Made by a program: the position numbers and the translations under genes. Below, in pieces: positions 51,617 to 64,000 of a DNA stretch of 64,000 nucleotides. Below the pieces are notes generated by a model. It worked only from the letters and a program-made list of their open reading frames with translations. It was not told where the DNA came from and ran no database searches. The DNA is from Antedon mediterranea. Lineage: Eukaryota; Animalia; Echinodermata. Within the stretch, counting starts at the first letter, position 1. Every line of letters begins with the position of its first letter. The stretch covers positions 4,154,001 to 4,218,000 of the forward strand of contig NC_092672.1 of the NCBI RefSeq assembly GCF_964355755.1, read 5' to 3'.

Positions 51617-54600
51617 ATGGCAACCGCAAAGCGTGTGCAAAATGTGCTATTACTCGGAGGAACCCATGGCAATGAGATGTCTGGTGTATATGTAGCTAAA
51701 CAATTTCTAAAAAACCCAGCGCAAATTACAAAAGATTCATTTAAAACTACAGTTTTGATGGGAAATCCGATGGCTGTGGAAAAATGCACAAGATATATTG
51801 ATGTAGACTTAAATCGACAGTTTACTAAAGAGAATTTAAAGTAGGATATTATATACTTATTATATACTATTTTACCGATACTATTTAAAGATCATTATGA
51901 TGGGTAATGAATACAAACTTTGTTGAGAAGCACTTGCTTCCAGTGGCGTAACACAGAGGCATGAGGCTCCTGGTTTAGGGCGTGGTCTCAAGCGTTTTTA
52001 GCTATTTTCAACATATTTTAATGCCTGTTTTTTCCTGTGGGCACTGCTCAGGGACCCCCATAAGGTCCGGGACCCCTGGGTTTAGCCAGTGAGCACTCAT
52101 AGTCGTTACGCTACTATTAGCTTCCCTCCTCCATCAAACACAAATGTAGATGAATTAATAATCATCATAATGTTTATTTGGTTTCTAACAATTAATAAGT
52201 AGTGAGAAACATATCTGCATAAATAAAACATAATGGTTTTTCCGAGACATTTCAAACTATTATTAAATCAACATAATATCTCACTTTATATTTGTTTCCC
52301 TTTCAGTGGTACCAATCCCAAAACAAATTATGAAGTCAAAAGAGTAAGAGAAATGTGGGAGACTTTATCAACACATTCTACAAATCCTGACGTTGTTTTA
52401 GATATGCACAATACTACAGCAAACATGGGCAATTGTTTTATAATTAAAAACCAAAATCAGATTTTTGACTTGCATCTTATTAACTATGTAGTGAAAAAGG
52501 CTACATTTTCTGCCCCTGCTCATATCCTATGCATTAGCAGTCCAAACCATGCATACAGCTGTAGCAGAGACATTGCACCAAATGGCTTGGGTAAGATATT
52601 AAGGCATTCAAAATTATATACTATAATGCACAGGGTTTTAAACTTTGTGCCCTAATTCTGTTGAACCGTGCAGTGGATTGAAATGTCAGTTTAAACATAC
52701 ATTTTTTTTGTTCTAATTAATACAGTAGAATAGTATTATGGGATGCCTTCTGGACCCAACAAAGTGTCCCTTTTAATTGGGGTTGGGTGTACAAATAATA
52801 TTACCCATGTTTGTTTTATGGAAAGTGTTCCCTTAATAAAGTGTTCATCAAATAGCTGTGTCACACTCAGGAAGGATTCTACTGTATGTGAAATCATCAT
52901 TCTTTTTTTATTTTTGCCTTCCATACCTGACCTGTTTTACTGGCTGATTGACCTTCATGACCTATTTATTAATTCCTTTTTCTTCAGCGTTAGAGCTAGG
53001 CCCGCAACCTCAGGGTATACTACTTTTTTTATTTTTGCCTTCCATACCTGACCTGTTTTACTGGCTGATTGACCTTCATGACCTATTTATTAATTCCTTT
53101 TTCTTCAGCGTTAGAGCTAGGCCCGCAACCTCAGGGTGTACTACTTTTTTTATTTTTGCCTTCCATACCTGACCTGTTTTACTGGCTGATTGACCTTCAT
53201 GACCTATTTATTAATTCCTTTTTCTTCAGCGTTAGAGCTAGGCCCGCAACCTCAGGGTGTACTACTTTTTTTATTTTTGCCTTCCATACCTGACCTGTTT
53301 TACTGGCTGATTGACCTTCATGACCTATTTATTAATTCCTTTTTCGTCAGCGTTAGAGCTAGGCCCGCAACCTCAGGGTATACTACTTTTTTTATTTTTG
53401 CCTTCCATACCTGACCTGTTTTACTGGCTGATTGACCTTCATGACCTATTTATTAATTCCTTTTTCTTCAGCGTTAGAGCTAGGCCCGCAACCTCAGGGT
53501 GTACTACTTTTTTTATTTTTGCCTTCCATACCTGACCTGGTTTACTGGCTGATTGACCTTCATGACCTATTTATTAATTCCTTTTTCTTCAGTGTTAGAG
53601 CTAGGCCCGCAACCTCAGGGTGTACTACTTTTTTTATTTTTGCCTTCCATACCTGACCTGGTTTACTGGCTGATTGACCTTCATGACCTATTTATTAATT
53701 CCTTTTTCTTCAGCGTTAGAGCTAGGCCCGCAACCTCAGGGTGTACTACTTTTTTTATTTTTGCCTTCCATACCTGACCTGTTTTACTGGCTGATTGACC
53801 TTCATGACCTATTTATTAATTCCTTTTTCTTCAGCGTTAGAGCTAGGCCCGCAACCTCAGGGTGTACTACTTTTTTTATTTTTGCCTTCCATACCTGACC
53901 TGTTTTACTGGCTGATTGACCTTCATGACCTATTTATTAATTCCTTTTTCGTCAGCGTTAGAGCTAGGCCCGCAACCTCAGGGTATACTACTTTTTTTAT
54001 TTTTGCCTTCCATACCTGACCTGTTTTACTGGCTGATTGACCTTCATGACCTATTTATTAATTCCTTTTTCTTCAGCGTTAGAGCTAGGCCCGCAACCTC
54101 AGGGTGTACTACTTTTTTTATTTTTGCCTTCCATACCTGACCTGGTTTACTGGCTGATTGACCTTCATGACCTATTTATTAATTCCTTTTTCTTCAGTGT
54201 TAGAGCTAGGCCCGCAACCTCAGGGTGTACTACTTTTTTTATTTTTGCCTTCCATACCTGACCTGGTTTACTGGCTGATTGACCTTCATGACCTATTTAT
54301 TAATTCCTTTTTCTTCAGCGTTAGAGCTAGGCCCGCAACCTCAGGGTGTACTACTTTTTTTATTTTTGCCTTCCATACCTGACCTGTTTTACTGGCTGAT
54401 TGACCTTCATGACCTATTTATTAATTCCTTTTTCTTCAGCGTTAGAGCTAGGCCCGCAACCTCAGGGTGTACTACTTTTTTTATTTTTGCCTTCCATACC
54501 TGACCTGTTTTACTGGCTGATTGACCTTCATGACCTATTTATTAATTCCTTTTTCGTCAGCGTTAGAGCTAGGCCCGCAACCTCAGGGTATACTACTTTT

Positions 54601-57412
54601 TTTATTTTTGCCTTCCATACCTGACCTGTTTTACTGGCTGATTGACCTTCATGACCTATTTATTAATTCCTTTTTCTTCAGCGTTAGAGCTAGGCCCGCA
54701 ACCTCAGGGTGTACTACTTTTTTTATTTTTGCCTTCCATACCTGACCTGGTTTACTGGCTGATTGACCTTCATGACCTATTTATTAATTCCTTTTTCTTC
54801 AGTGTTAGAGCTAGGCCCGCAACCTCAGGGTGTACTACTTTTTTTATTTTTGCCTTCCATACCTGACCTGGTTTACTGGCTGATTGACCTTCATGACCTA
54901 TTTATTAATTCCTTTTTCTTCAGCGTTAGAGCTAGGCCCGCAACCTCAGGGTGTACTACTTTTTTTATTTTTGCCTTCCATACCTGACCTGGTTTACTGG
55001 CTGATTGACCTTCATGACCTATTTATTAATTCCTTTTTCTTCAGTGTTAGAGCTAGGCCCGCAACCTCAGGGTGTACTACTTTTTTTATTTTTGCCTTCC
55101 ATACCTGACCTGGTTTACTGGCTGATTGACCTTCATAACCTATTTATTAATTCCTTTTTCTTCAGTGTTAGAGCTAGGCCCGCAACCTCAGGGTGTACTA
55201 CTTTTTTTATTTTTGCCTTCCATACCTGACCTGGTTTACTGGCTGATTGACCTTCATGACCTATTTATTAATTCCTTTTTCTTCAGCGTTAGAGCTAGGC
55301 CCGCAACCTCAGGGTGTACTACTTTTTTTATTTTTGCCTTCCATACCTGACCTGTTTTACTGGCTGATTGACCTTCATGACCTATTTATTAATTCCTTTT
55401 TCTTCAGCGTTAGAGCTAGGCCCGCAACCTCAGGGTGTACTACTTTTTTTATTTTTGCCTTCCATACCTGACCTGTTTTACTGGCTGATTGACCTTCATG
55501 ACCTATTTATTAATTCCTTTTTCGTCAGCGTTAGAGCTAGGCCCGCAACCTCAGGGTATACTACTTTTTTTATTTTTGCCTTCCATACCTGACCTGTTTT
55601 ACTGGCTGATTGACCTTCATGACCTATTTATTAATTCCTTTTTCTTCAGCGTTAGAGCTAGGCCCGCAACCTCAGGGTGTACTACTTTTTTTATTTTTGC
55701 CTTCCATACCTGACCTGGTTTACTGGCTGATTGACCTTCATGACCTATTTATTAATTCCTTTTTCTTCAGTGTTAGAGCTAGGCCCGCAACCTCAGGGTG
55801 TACTACTTTTTTTATTTTTGCCTTCCATACCTGACCTGGTTTACTGGCTGATTGACCTTCATGACCTATTTATTAATTCCTTTTTCTTCAGCGTTAGAGC
55901 TAGGCCCGCAACCTCAGGGTGTACTACTTTTTTTATTTTTGCCTTCCATACCTGACCTGTTTTACTGGCTGATTGACCTTCATGACCTATTTATTAATTC
56001 CTTTTTCTTCAGCGTTAGAGCTAGGCCCGCAACCTCAGGGTGTACTACTTTTTTTATTTTTGCCTTCCATACCTGACCTGTTTTACTGGCTGATTGACCT
56101 TCATGACCTATTTATTAATTCCTTTTTCGTCAGCGTTAGAGCTAGGCCCGCAACCTCAGGGTATACTACTTTTTTTATTTTTGCCTTCCATACCTGACCT
56201 GTTTTACTGGCTGATTGACCTTCATGACCTATTTATTAATTCCTTTTTCTTCAGCGTTAGAGCTAGGCCCGCAACCTCAGGGTGTACTACTTTTTTTATT
56301 TTTGCCTTCCATACCTGACCTGGTTTACTGGCTGATTGACCTTCATGACCTATTTATTAATTCCTTTTTCTTCAGTGTTAGAGCTAGGCCCGCAACCTCA
56401 GGGTGTACTACTTTTTTTATTTTTGCCTTCCATACCTGACCTGGTTTACTGGCTGATTGACCTTCATGACCTATTTATTAATTCCTTTTTCTTCAGCGTT
56501 AGAGCTAGGCCCGCAACCTCAGGGTGTACTACTTTTTTTATTTTTGCCTTCCATACCTGACCTGGTTTACTGGCTGATTGACCTTCATGACCTATTTATT
56601 AATTCCTTTTTCTTCAGTGTTAGAGCTAGGCCCGCAACCTCAGGGTGTACTACTTTTTTTATTTTTGCCTTCCATACCTGACCTGGTTTACTGGCTGATT
56701 GACCTTCATAACCTATTTATTAATTCCTTTTTCTTCAGTGTTAGAGCTAGGCCCGCAACCTCAGGGTGTACTACTTTTTTTATTTTTGCCTTCCATACCT
56801 GACCTGGTTTACTGGCTGATTGACCTTCATGACCTATTTATTAATTCCTTTTTCTTCAGTGTTAGAGCTAGGCCCGCAACCTCAGGGTGTACTACTTTTT
56901 TTATTTTTGCCTTCCATACCTGACCTGGTTTACTGGCTGATTGACCTTCATAACCTATTTATTAATTCCTTTTTCTTCAGTGTTAGAGCTAGGCCCGCAA
57001 CCTCAGGGTGTACTACTTTTTTTATTTTTGCCTTCCATACCTGACCTGGTTTACTGGCTGATTGACCTTCATGACCTATTTATTAATTCCTTTTTCTTCA
57101 GCGTTAGAGCTAGGCCCGCAACCTCAGGGTGTACTACTTGCTGAAATGTACCAAAGAATGCAAGAACTTGTCATCAATTCTATGATTTTTATAGAAGACT
57201 TTAACTCAGGTTTTTTTTTCATTTTTTATTTCTTATTTTATTAATCACAATTTTTATGTATTTTATGCTACATGGGTGTATTACTGTATTATTAATTATT
57301 CGTGATAATTAGACGTACCATTTATTTTGTATCACCAGAATATATATATATATACAGTATTTCTTTTACAAGAATATTTCTTAAGCATGGAAAAATAAAC
57401 CCATGGGGGAAA

Positions 57413-57443
<31 letters not shown>

Positions 57444-58182
57444 TATAAATTAAACAAAACTAATAATATAATATTTTGGTTTTGCTGTTCTATGTAATTC
57501 TTTTATGTTTTTTTGCACAACTTTTCATCAATATAATTTAACAACAAAAAAAAGATTTTTAATTTATTTTTTTTATCATAGGTGTCATCTCAGACTCATT
57601 TCAAACAGATGCCTACAACATAACGGATAAAGTAGACTTCCCACGAGACGCTGATGGTAATATAACAGCCATGATACACCCACGTTTACAGGTATATTTA
57701 ATGAAAATCATTGAATAAAACTACTGTAAACATATCTATATAATCTTGTATTTTTTAATTGCCTACACTACCAAACTTTATGTGACAAAAAAATGTGATG
57801 CGCCCATATATGGACATGATGATGTCATATCACTATCATATTTGGGCATATCACTACCACATTTGGGCACATCACACTTTTTTTGTCAAACTAGTTTGAT
57901 AGTGTAGACAGAGCTTAAGAAATAAAATGTGAATGTTTTTTACACTAAAAATATGCAAAAATTAAACATTAATTTAAAATTTCATTTTAGGACAGAGACT
58001 GGGAAGCAGTCAACAAGGGTGACCCCTTATTTCTGACCTTTGATGGTAAGACGATTACGTATGATAAACAAGAGACGAGATATCCAGTTTTTATAAATGA
58101 AGCCTCATATTATGAAAAAAATCTTGCTTTCTGGCTAACACGTAAAGAAACATTAAATATACCATCATTGAAAATGGAGTGA
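51617..58182 (+). CDS. ASPA: Aspartoacylase (exons 51617-51840, 52307-52590, 57102-57209, 57582-57691, 57991-58182)
   Basis: GGTHGNE, RYIDVDLNR, LDMHNTTANMG, YSCSR, ALELGPQPQG, VDFPRD, IHPRLQ|DRDW and NEASYYEK. Zn ligands and catalytic residues are intact, and the GT-AG junctions are in phase. Confidence 0.95.
52902..57139 (+). repeat. Tandem array, 35 x 121 bp; each unit is the intron 3' end (branch point, polypyrimidine tract, AG) plus the first about 35 nt of ASPA exon 3
   Basis: Acceptor-proximal exon starts at 52988 + 121n up to 57102 (n = 0-34). Only the last copy runs into the rest of the exon. Confidence 0.98.
57760..57916. mobile_element. MITE family A copy in the last ASPA intron
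   Basis: Right TIR AGTTTGATAGTGTAGACAGAGCTT intact; left TIR degenerate. Confidence 0.8.
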
Positions 58183-59202
58183 ATAAAAGGTCTGGTGTTA
58201 ACTTTTAAAAAAAAAGTATTTATTTTAAGGGGTTGGTGGCAAGGAAAATTTCCTTTAACTGAACTAAAATGGCAAAACTCATTTTAATATGACATTAGTA
58301 AAACTTGGATGAAGCATTTTTTTATACCTCCATGGATGAAGTATACAACCATCAACTTAAGACAAACCTAACCAAAATAAAAGATATAATAATATTGGTA
58401 TTACTGTATTATTAATGCAATGAAATGAAGTTGATGTCATTTACATTAGTAAGCTAATATTAATAATTTCATGATCATGTTGGCTTATGCAATATTAGAA
58501 AATGTTTATAACATGCACCCTTCCACTCCCACTGGAATCATGGCGGTTTTAAATATACTTCACTTTTGGAATAATACATTTATGACTTATTTTTGTTATT
58601 TATATTAAATAATATTATAATATAATATCTAAACAGGGTTTACAACTCCCTGATCTAAATATCTTTTGGTTACTATAAACATGTACACCTGGGCATATTC
58701 GCTAAACAAGGGTATATGATTATCTCAGAATTAAAAAGGGGAAGAGTTACTTTTATGACTGTGTGACTGCTAAGTTCAATTAACAACGACGAGTGGTAAC
58801 GGTAAGCAGAAAACCGCGTGGCTTGTTCCATGTAGAATCTGTATCTATCCCGAGGCGAAACCGCCCGTCCGCTCCGTGTTGTGTGTAAATGGTCATAAAG
58901 GAATAACATAGATTCTATATTACCGTTACTGCTCGTCTGTGTAAATTGGCCTTTATGGTGGTGAGTGCGCCCTCTAAAAGAAACGCTACTCATTCTTTTG
59001 TATTGATTAATAGATGATATTAAACAATATATTCAGTTATTTTTCTGCGTTATTGTTTTAAATCTTGAGTGTGATGGAATAAATTGATAATAATCACTTT
59101 CTAACAATTAACAAAATATTGAATAATGTACCATACGCCGCTACATAAATTCAACTGTTCAGTATCAGTTCACCACTCGCTTCCTAAATATTACTAATAA
59201 TT

Positions 59203-59387
59203 AAGCTTGGGGGGTCCCACTAGCGACGCAACGTACGCAACATAAGCAAATGCACTTTCAATAATTGTGTTTTCCCCAGCCTCCTGCGTGAAATCAAACC
59301 TGCGATTTTTTTTCCCACTTGTGGTTACGCAATACAGCACTTTGCGTCAATACGTCGCTGCGTTGCGTTCTAGTGGGAACCACGCTT
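59203..59387. mobile_element. MITE family B copy
   Basis: AAGCTTGG..CCCACTAG ... CTAGTGGGAACCACGCTT. Confidence 0.8.
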
Positions 59388-60964
59388 TAGTGTGTAAGTA
59401 CTTCTTTATTAACTGTGTTAAATGCCATCGTCTATCTTTTTTTCACAATGATATAGTAAACGCTAATTAATGTGTCAATTATTATTGAATAATATTAATA
59501 TGAAATTGAATTGAAAAAAATATAATATCGATTTGTAACGAAAACGAACTTGCATTACAAATATTAACAGCTTAATGCATGAACTCATGGAACATCGCAG
59601 ATGATTAGTTAATCCTTATAAATTTGATCAATATTGATAAGTAACAAATAAACTGATGAAAGGACATACTACTAATCTAGTTACCTTACAAAAACACTGA
59701 TTTTCAGACATTTTAAAGCCTCAGTCTGGACGTAATGATCTCGGAGGGTTTTACTTTCAAAACATCGTATCAAAATTGCTCGTGCAAAAGATATATAATA
59801 TGGAAGGCAAACACCGCCAAACAATACAAACGAACATGGTAGGGGAGGCCATGATGCTTATACTATACTGTACAATATAACAACATGATGCTGAGGGTTT
59901 ATATATAGCTGCGACCCAATCAGTTCCACAAAACTTAACAGCACTGAATATGTAGGCCTACATACAGTACTGTGGTATTTGTCGCAGCCAGACATAAAAT
60001 CAAAGGACTGTTAGTGTTACCGGTAAAATGTCAACAGAAATCATTGCCGCTTTCAACTATTTGATTTGTCACGTATGATTCACGGCCATCAAATTACAAA
60101 CTCTGCTGATATCTCATTTTAACGTCATAAATTGCATTGTAAATTAATGAAATGAGAAAGCCAATGATGCTATAAAACACCCTTTGTTTAAATAATGGTT
60201 TTAAATAATCCAATATATCAATTTGTGAGGGAAATGTTGTAAAAACGATCAGTGTCACTAAACGGAACTGATCCTGTAGCCGATTGTCGGTACTGTATCA
60301 AACCTGTCCAGTACACTAGGCGCATTTTGTGATACAGCATCACATGTGTTTTTATTTCATAATGTAACACCTGGTATCATAACCTAACTTAACCTAATGA
60401 TGCAGGCACGGGGCTATTATAATAGTATAGCTACATGATACAGGCACCACGTGTGATACACATACAATCCCGTTTTACGAATTACGAAATAGTGTCACAT
60501 TATGGAGATAGGCCTACAACACTAAACATTGTGTGCACAAATGAAAGATAGCACATTTAGCTTTGTCTTCCATGCTATTTTATGCTTTATTCAGCTTTTG
60601 TCAATTCACCTTTAATACAACCACGGGATGAACATTAAGCCTACATTCATGATAGACTGAATTTAATTATGTTCATGGCGGAACTCCAATTTTCCAATAA
60701 TTATAAATTACATTTTACCAAGAAAATACATAATACATGCTGCTAATTAAGTCTTATTTATTTCAACCTGCTATTCCATAATTAACGAGACTATGATATC
60801 ATAATATAGTGAGGAGAGCGGTTGTCGAAATTACATAATATATTTTATAGGCAAGAATGTTTTAGTCTTTTTTATATGAGACATAGAAAATGTATCCATG
60901 AACAATGAAGAGCAGTGATTTGCTGATGAAATCACGCTTCAAACTCGATTGTTATAGGATGGTT

Positions 60965-61114
60965 AGGCGTTGTCTACACCATCAAACTAAGTGTGATGTG
61001 TCCAAATATGGCAGTGATATTCCCAAATACGGTAGTGATATGACATCATCATGTCCATATATAGACACATCACGTTTTTTGTCACATATAGTTTGAGCAT
61101 GTGGACAGAACTTT
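60965..61114. mobile_element. MITE family A degenerate copy
   Basis: TGTCTACACCATCAAACT...AAATATGGCAGTGATAT...GTGGACAGAACTT. Confidence 0.65.
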
Positions 61115-62429
61115 AAGTAAGTTTTCTCTTCTCGTCATGCCTAAAACTCATATTGTCACATTCAAGGTGTACCGTAAACATCTCTATGTTAAGCTGTGTT
61201 CACACGAAGTCAAAATCCCGTCCTGTGAGTAAATGTGTGTGTAGGCTGCCTTTACACCGGATTCCGTACAAAACGTACGTGTAATCGGTGATCGGGAAAA
61301 TGAATATACTCTAGAATTTTCTCCGGTTCACCGGGTACCGATACGGTCTCAGTGTGAACGCATAGCTATCCTAACTTTTTCTCCATGGTGTAACTATACC
61401 TTATGAACATTTTATATATAAAAAAATACAGGTGACTTATTCTATAATTTTATTCATCTTTTAAAATTATTCTAAATGACCAACTTCAAAACATTACTTT
61501 GTTCGTATTTTTCTCGAGGATTCACGTCACTGGATAAAAAAATAAAAAAATAGGCCTACAGCGATAGCAATATAGGCCAAGATGACGTCACACGACCTTG
61601 ACATTTACGTAAGACGTAATGACGTATCACATTCGAATGGGTATACACGAATTATGATTAGAAATGTTTTATGCCTTTAAATTAAAATATTAATAATTTT
61701 CTCGTTTCCATACTAATTTATACCATTATTCAATTTGTGTAATGAATCATACACGACATGGCGACAGGAGAACGTACTATGTTCCAATTACTCTCTATAT
61801 CCGTAATCACAGTCTTGTTATCTTTCGGCGTTTTGAATTATGAATTGATACATTATAGTATTTATACATAATATCAATAATGACATCAAGATGACGTCAT
61901 TCATCTTAGTAAACGTAAATAAGGTCAAATGATTACATACTATTTTAAGATAATGTATTACATTATAAGCATGTAATAATCCACAATGCATGCTTAAATC
62001 AGTGTTTTCGTTAGTGATGATTTTCTTAGACAATAAACTGTTTACAACATAAATCATAAATTATTACCGAATTATACTATTTTATAGACAATGACGTAAG
62101 TAAAAATAATACTTTTAAAGTCTAATTTGATGAGATAGTAATCAATAAATCGCTCGTTACAGATTCAAGATTATTTCCAAGGAGAAACATGCACATAACC
62201 ATAGTGCTCATCTGTGTTCGTGTAAACTGTCATCATACATGATGGTAATCTCTTTTAAATCTACGTTCAGACGACGGAAGAATTAGTCTAGACTGAATCA
62301 TAAAGTCGGGTGTAAATAATGGCAGCTGGACAGTGGCGTAATGGCTATGACAATGAGCGCTCATTGACATTATAATATGTCGAAAAGGGCTAAAGCCGTA
62401 CGAGGCCTCCAACGTTGGAGGGCCACTAA

Positions 62430-62570
62430 TGCTTGGTTCCCACTAGAGACGCAGCACAAGGACGTAACGCAACTTAAGTGAGTTGACCAATGACAAGCGA
62501 TTATTCGAACTGTCACTTGTCATTGGTCAACACGCTTGCGTTGCGTTACGTCCTAGTGGGAACCAAGCTT
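62430..62570. mobile_element. MITE family B (short subtype)
   Basis: GCTTGGTTCCCACTAG ... CTAGTGGGAACCAAGCTT. Confidence 0.8.
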
Positions 62571-63154
62571 TAGGGTTCCTAATCCCTGTGTTACACCACT
62601 GCTACTGGGATTTTTTGCCAATATGTCTATCGGTTGTGCATATTTTATCCAAATACATATCTTAGTTTATTTCACAAATATAGAATTGCATGCAATAATC
62701 AAGATTATATTAACTTGACATTATTATTAAAAGACGTTAAAATCGTTTCCTAATAATTTATCGTTTCCGGATCCGTGTTTGTTCCGGTTCTTTTATTGCT
62801 TATCACCACAAAGCTTTAAATAAATGTATTTAAAGATACAGTATTAACAGATCGCTTTAAAGGTTAAACACAGTCTTCTACTAAAATAGTTATTTTGGTT
62901 GGTTTATAAGGTTGACTTGGTGCAAAAATAGATTTATCAAAAGCAATTTGTGATACCGATGGCTATATTTTGTTGAGTGAGTTGATTTGTGTATCGCACA
63001 AAGCAACAGTGGAGGCGTCATTGCCACAATAAATAACAATGGTGGTCACCCGGGCCTCTTATTCATGTTGTCACCATATAATCGACGGTAACATTATCCC
63101 ATTCATTCAATTAGGATGCATCCTTCGCTGTCAACCTCTCATTGTTCATTGTCA

Positions 63155-63490
63155 CCATCATCAATCGACAGCAACATTATCCCATTCATTCAATTACCAT
63201 CTCATTCATAGTCATCATCAACAATCGACAGCAACATTATCCCATTCATTCAATTACCATCTCATTCATAGTCATCATCAACAATCGTTAGCAACATTAT
63301 CCCATTCTTTCAATTACCATCTCATTCATAGTCATCATCAACAATCGACAGCAACATTATCCCATTCTTTCAATTACCATCTCATTCATTGTCATCATCA
63401 ACAATCGACAGCAACATTATCCCATTCTTTCAATTACCATCTCATTCATTGTCATCATCAACAATCGACGGCAACATTATCCCATTCATC
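63155..63490. repeat. Minisatellite, 60 bp x about 5.5
   Basis: CATCAACAATCGACAGCAACATTATCCCATTC(A/T)TTCAATTACCATCTCATTCAT(A/T)GTCAT tandem copies. Confidence 0.93.
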
Positions 63491-63870
63491 ACCATGAGTA
63501 CCTTCAATAAAATCCTCATCTTCTCCACTGACCTCTGTTCATCTCATCCTCGGTCAGCTTCTGTCACTCTCTTCTCAGTATCATCAATTAATACCATCCT
63601 TACTACAGTTGCTTGTGCCTCATTCTCGTCTTCTTGTGATCACATACTACCACCCCCATGAGTCACCATCAACACAATCCTCATCCTCAACTGTCCTCTA
63701 GTCAGTCATCTTCTTCTTTCTCATCCTCGGTCAGTTTCTGACACTCTCTTTCAGTATCATCAAAGATCATCCTCACTACAATTGCGTGTGCCTCCTTCTC
63801 CTGATCACATGTTAATACCAACATCATTCACAACATTTCTCCGAGTCATTGTGCTTTCTCATCCTCACTA

Positions 63871-64000
63871 AAGCTTGGTTCCCACTAGCGACGCAACGTA
63901 ACGCCATCTACGCAACGTAAGAAAATGCCCTTCTAATAATTGTGTTTGCCCCCGCCTGCGTAAAATCAAACCGACGATGTTTGCAGCACTGTTGATGCGT
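63871..64000. mobile_element. MITE family B copy, truncated by the window end
   Basis: AAGCTTGGTTCCCACTAGCGACGCAACG... Confidence 0.75.

Noticed and set aside
52948-57144. Dozens of 74-aa ORFs, or a CRISPR-like array
   Set aside because: The ORFs are by-products of the 121-bp repeat. The units have no unique spacers, there are no cas genes, and the context is eukaryotic.
63039-63870. His-rich 152-aa ORF and an acidic-looking minus-strand sequence
   Set aside because: Derived from a 60-bp tandem repeat and a degenerate duplication; no convincing splice sites or homology.

Overview
AT-rich, intron-rich animal genomic DNA, from an invertebrate (the echinoderm-like lineage is inference only). 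Seven spliced protein-coding genes were rebuilt by hand from GT-AG junctions: Orai CRAC channel (+), BCKDK (-), POLR2J/RPB11 (-), a SnoaL/DUF4440 NTF2-like protein (+), a secreted F-type lectin + LamG + PAN/apple mosaic protein (-), a P2X receptor (-) and aspartoacylase ASPA (+). Introns and intergenic DNA carry many MITEs, nested foldback/MULE-like elements, tRNA-derived SINEs, LINE fragments and minisatellites. The most striking feature is a 4.2 kb array of 35 x 121 bp units inside ASPA intron 2. Each unit is a complete 3' splice site plus the start of the exon encoding the catalytic Glu, and each can be read as an in-frame 27-nt microexon followed by a 94-nt GT-AG intron. A smaller mirror-image case, a tandemly copied exon end plus 5' splice site, lies in BCKDK.
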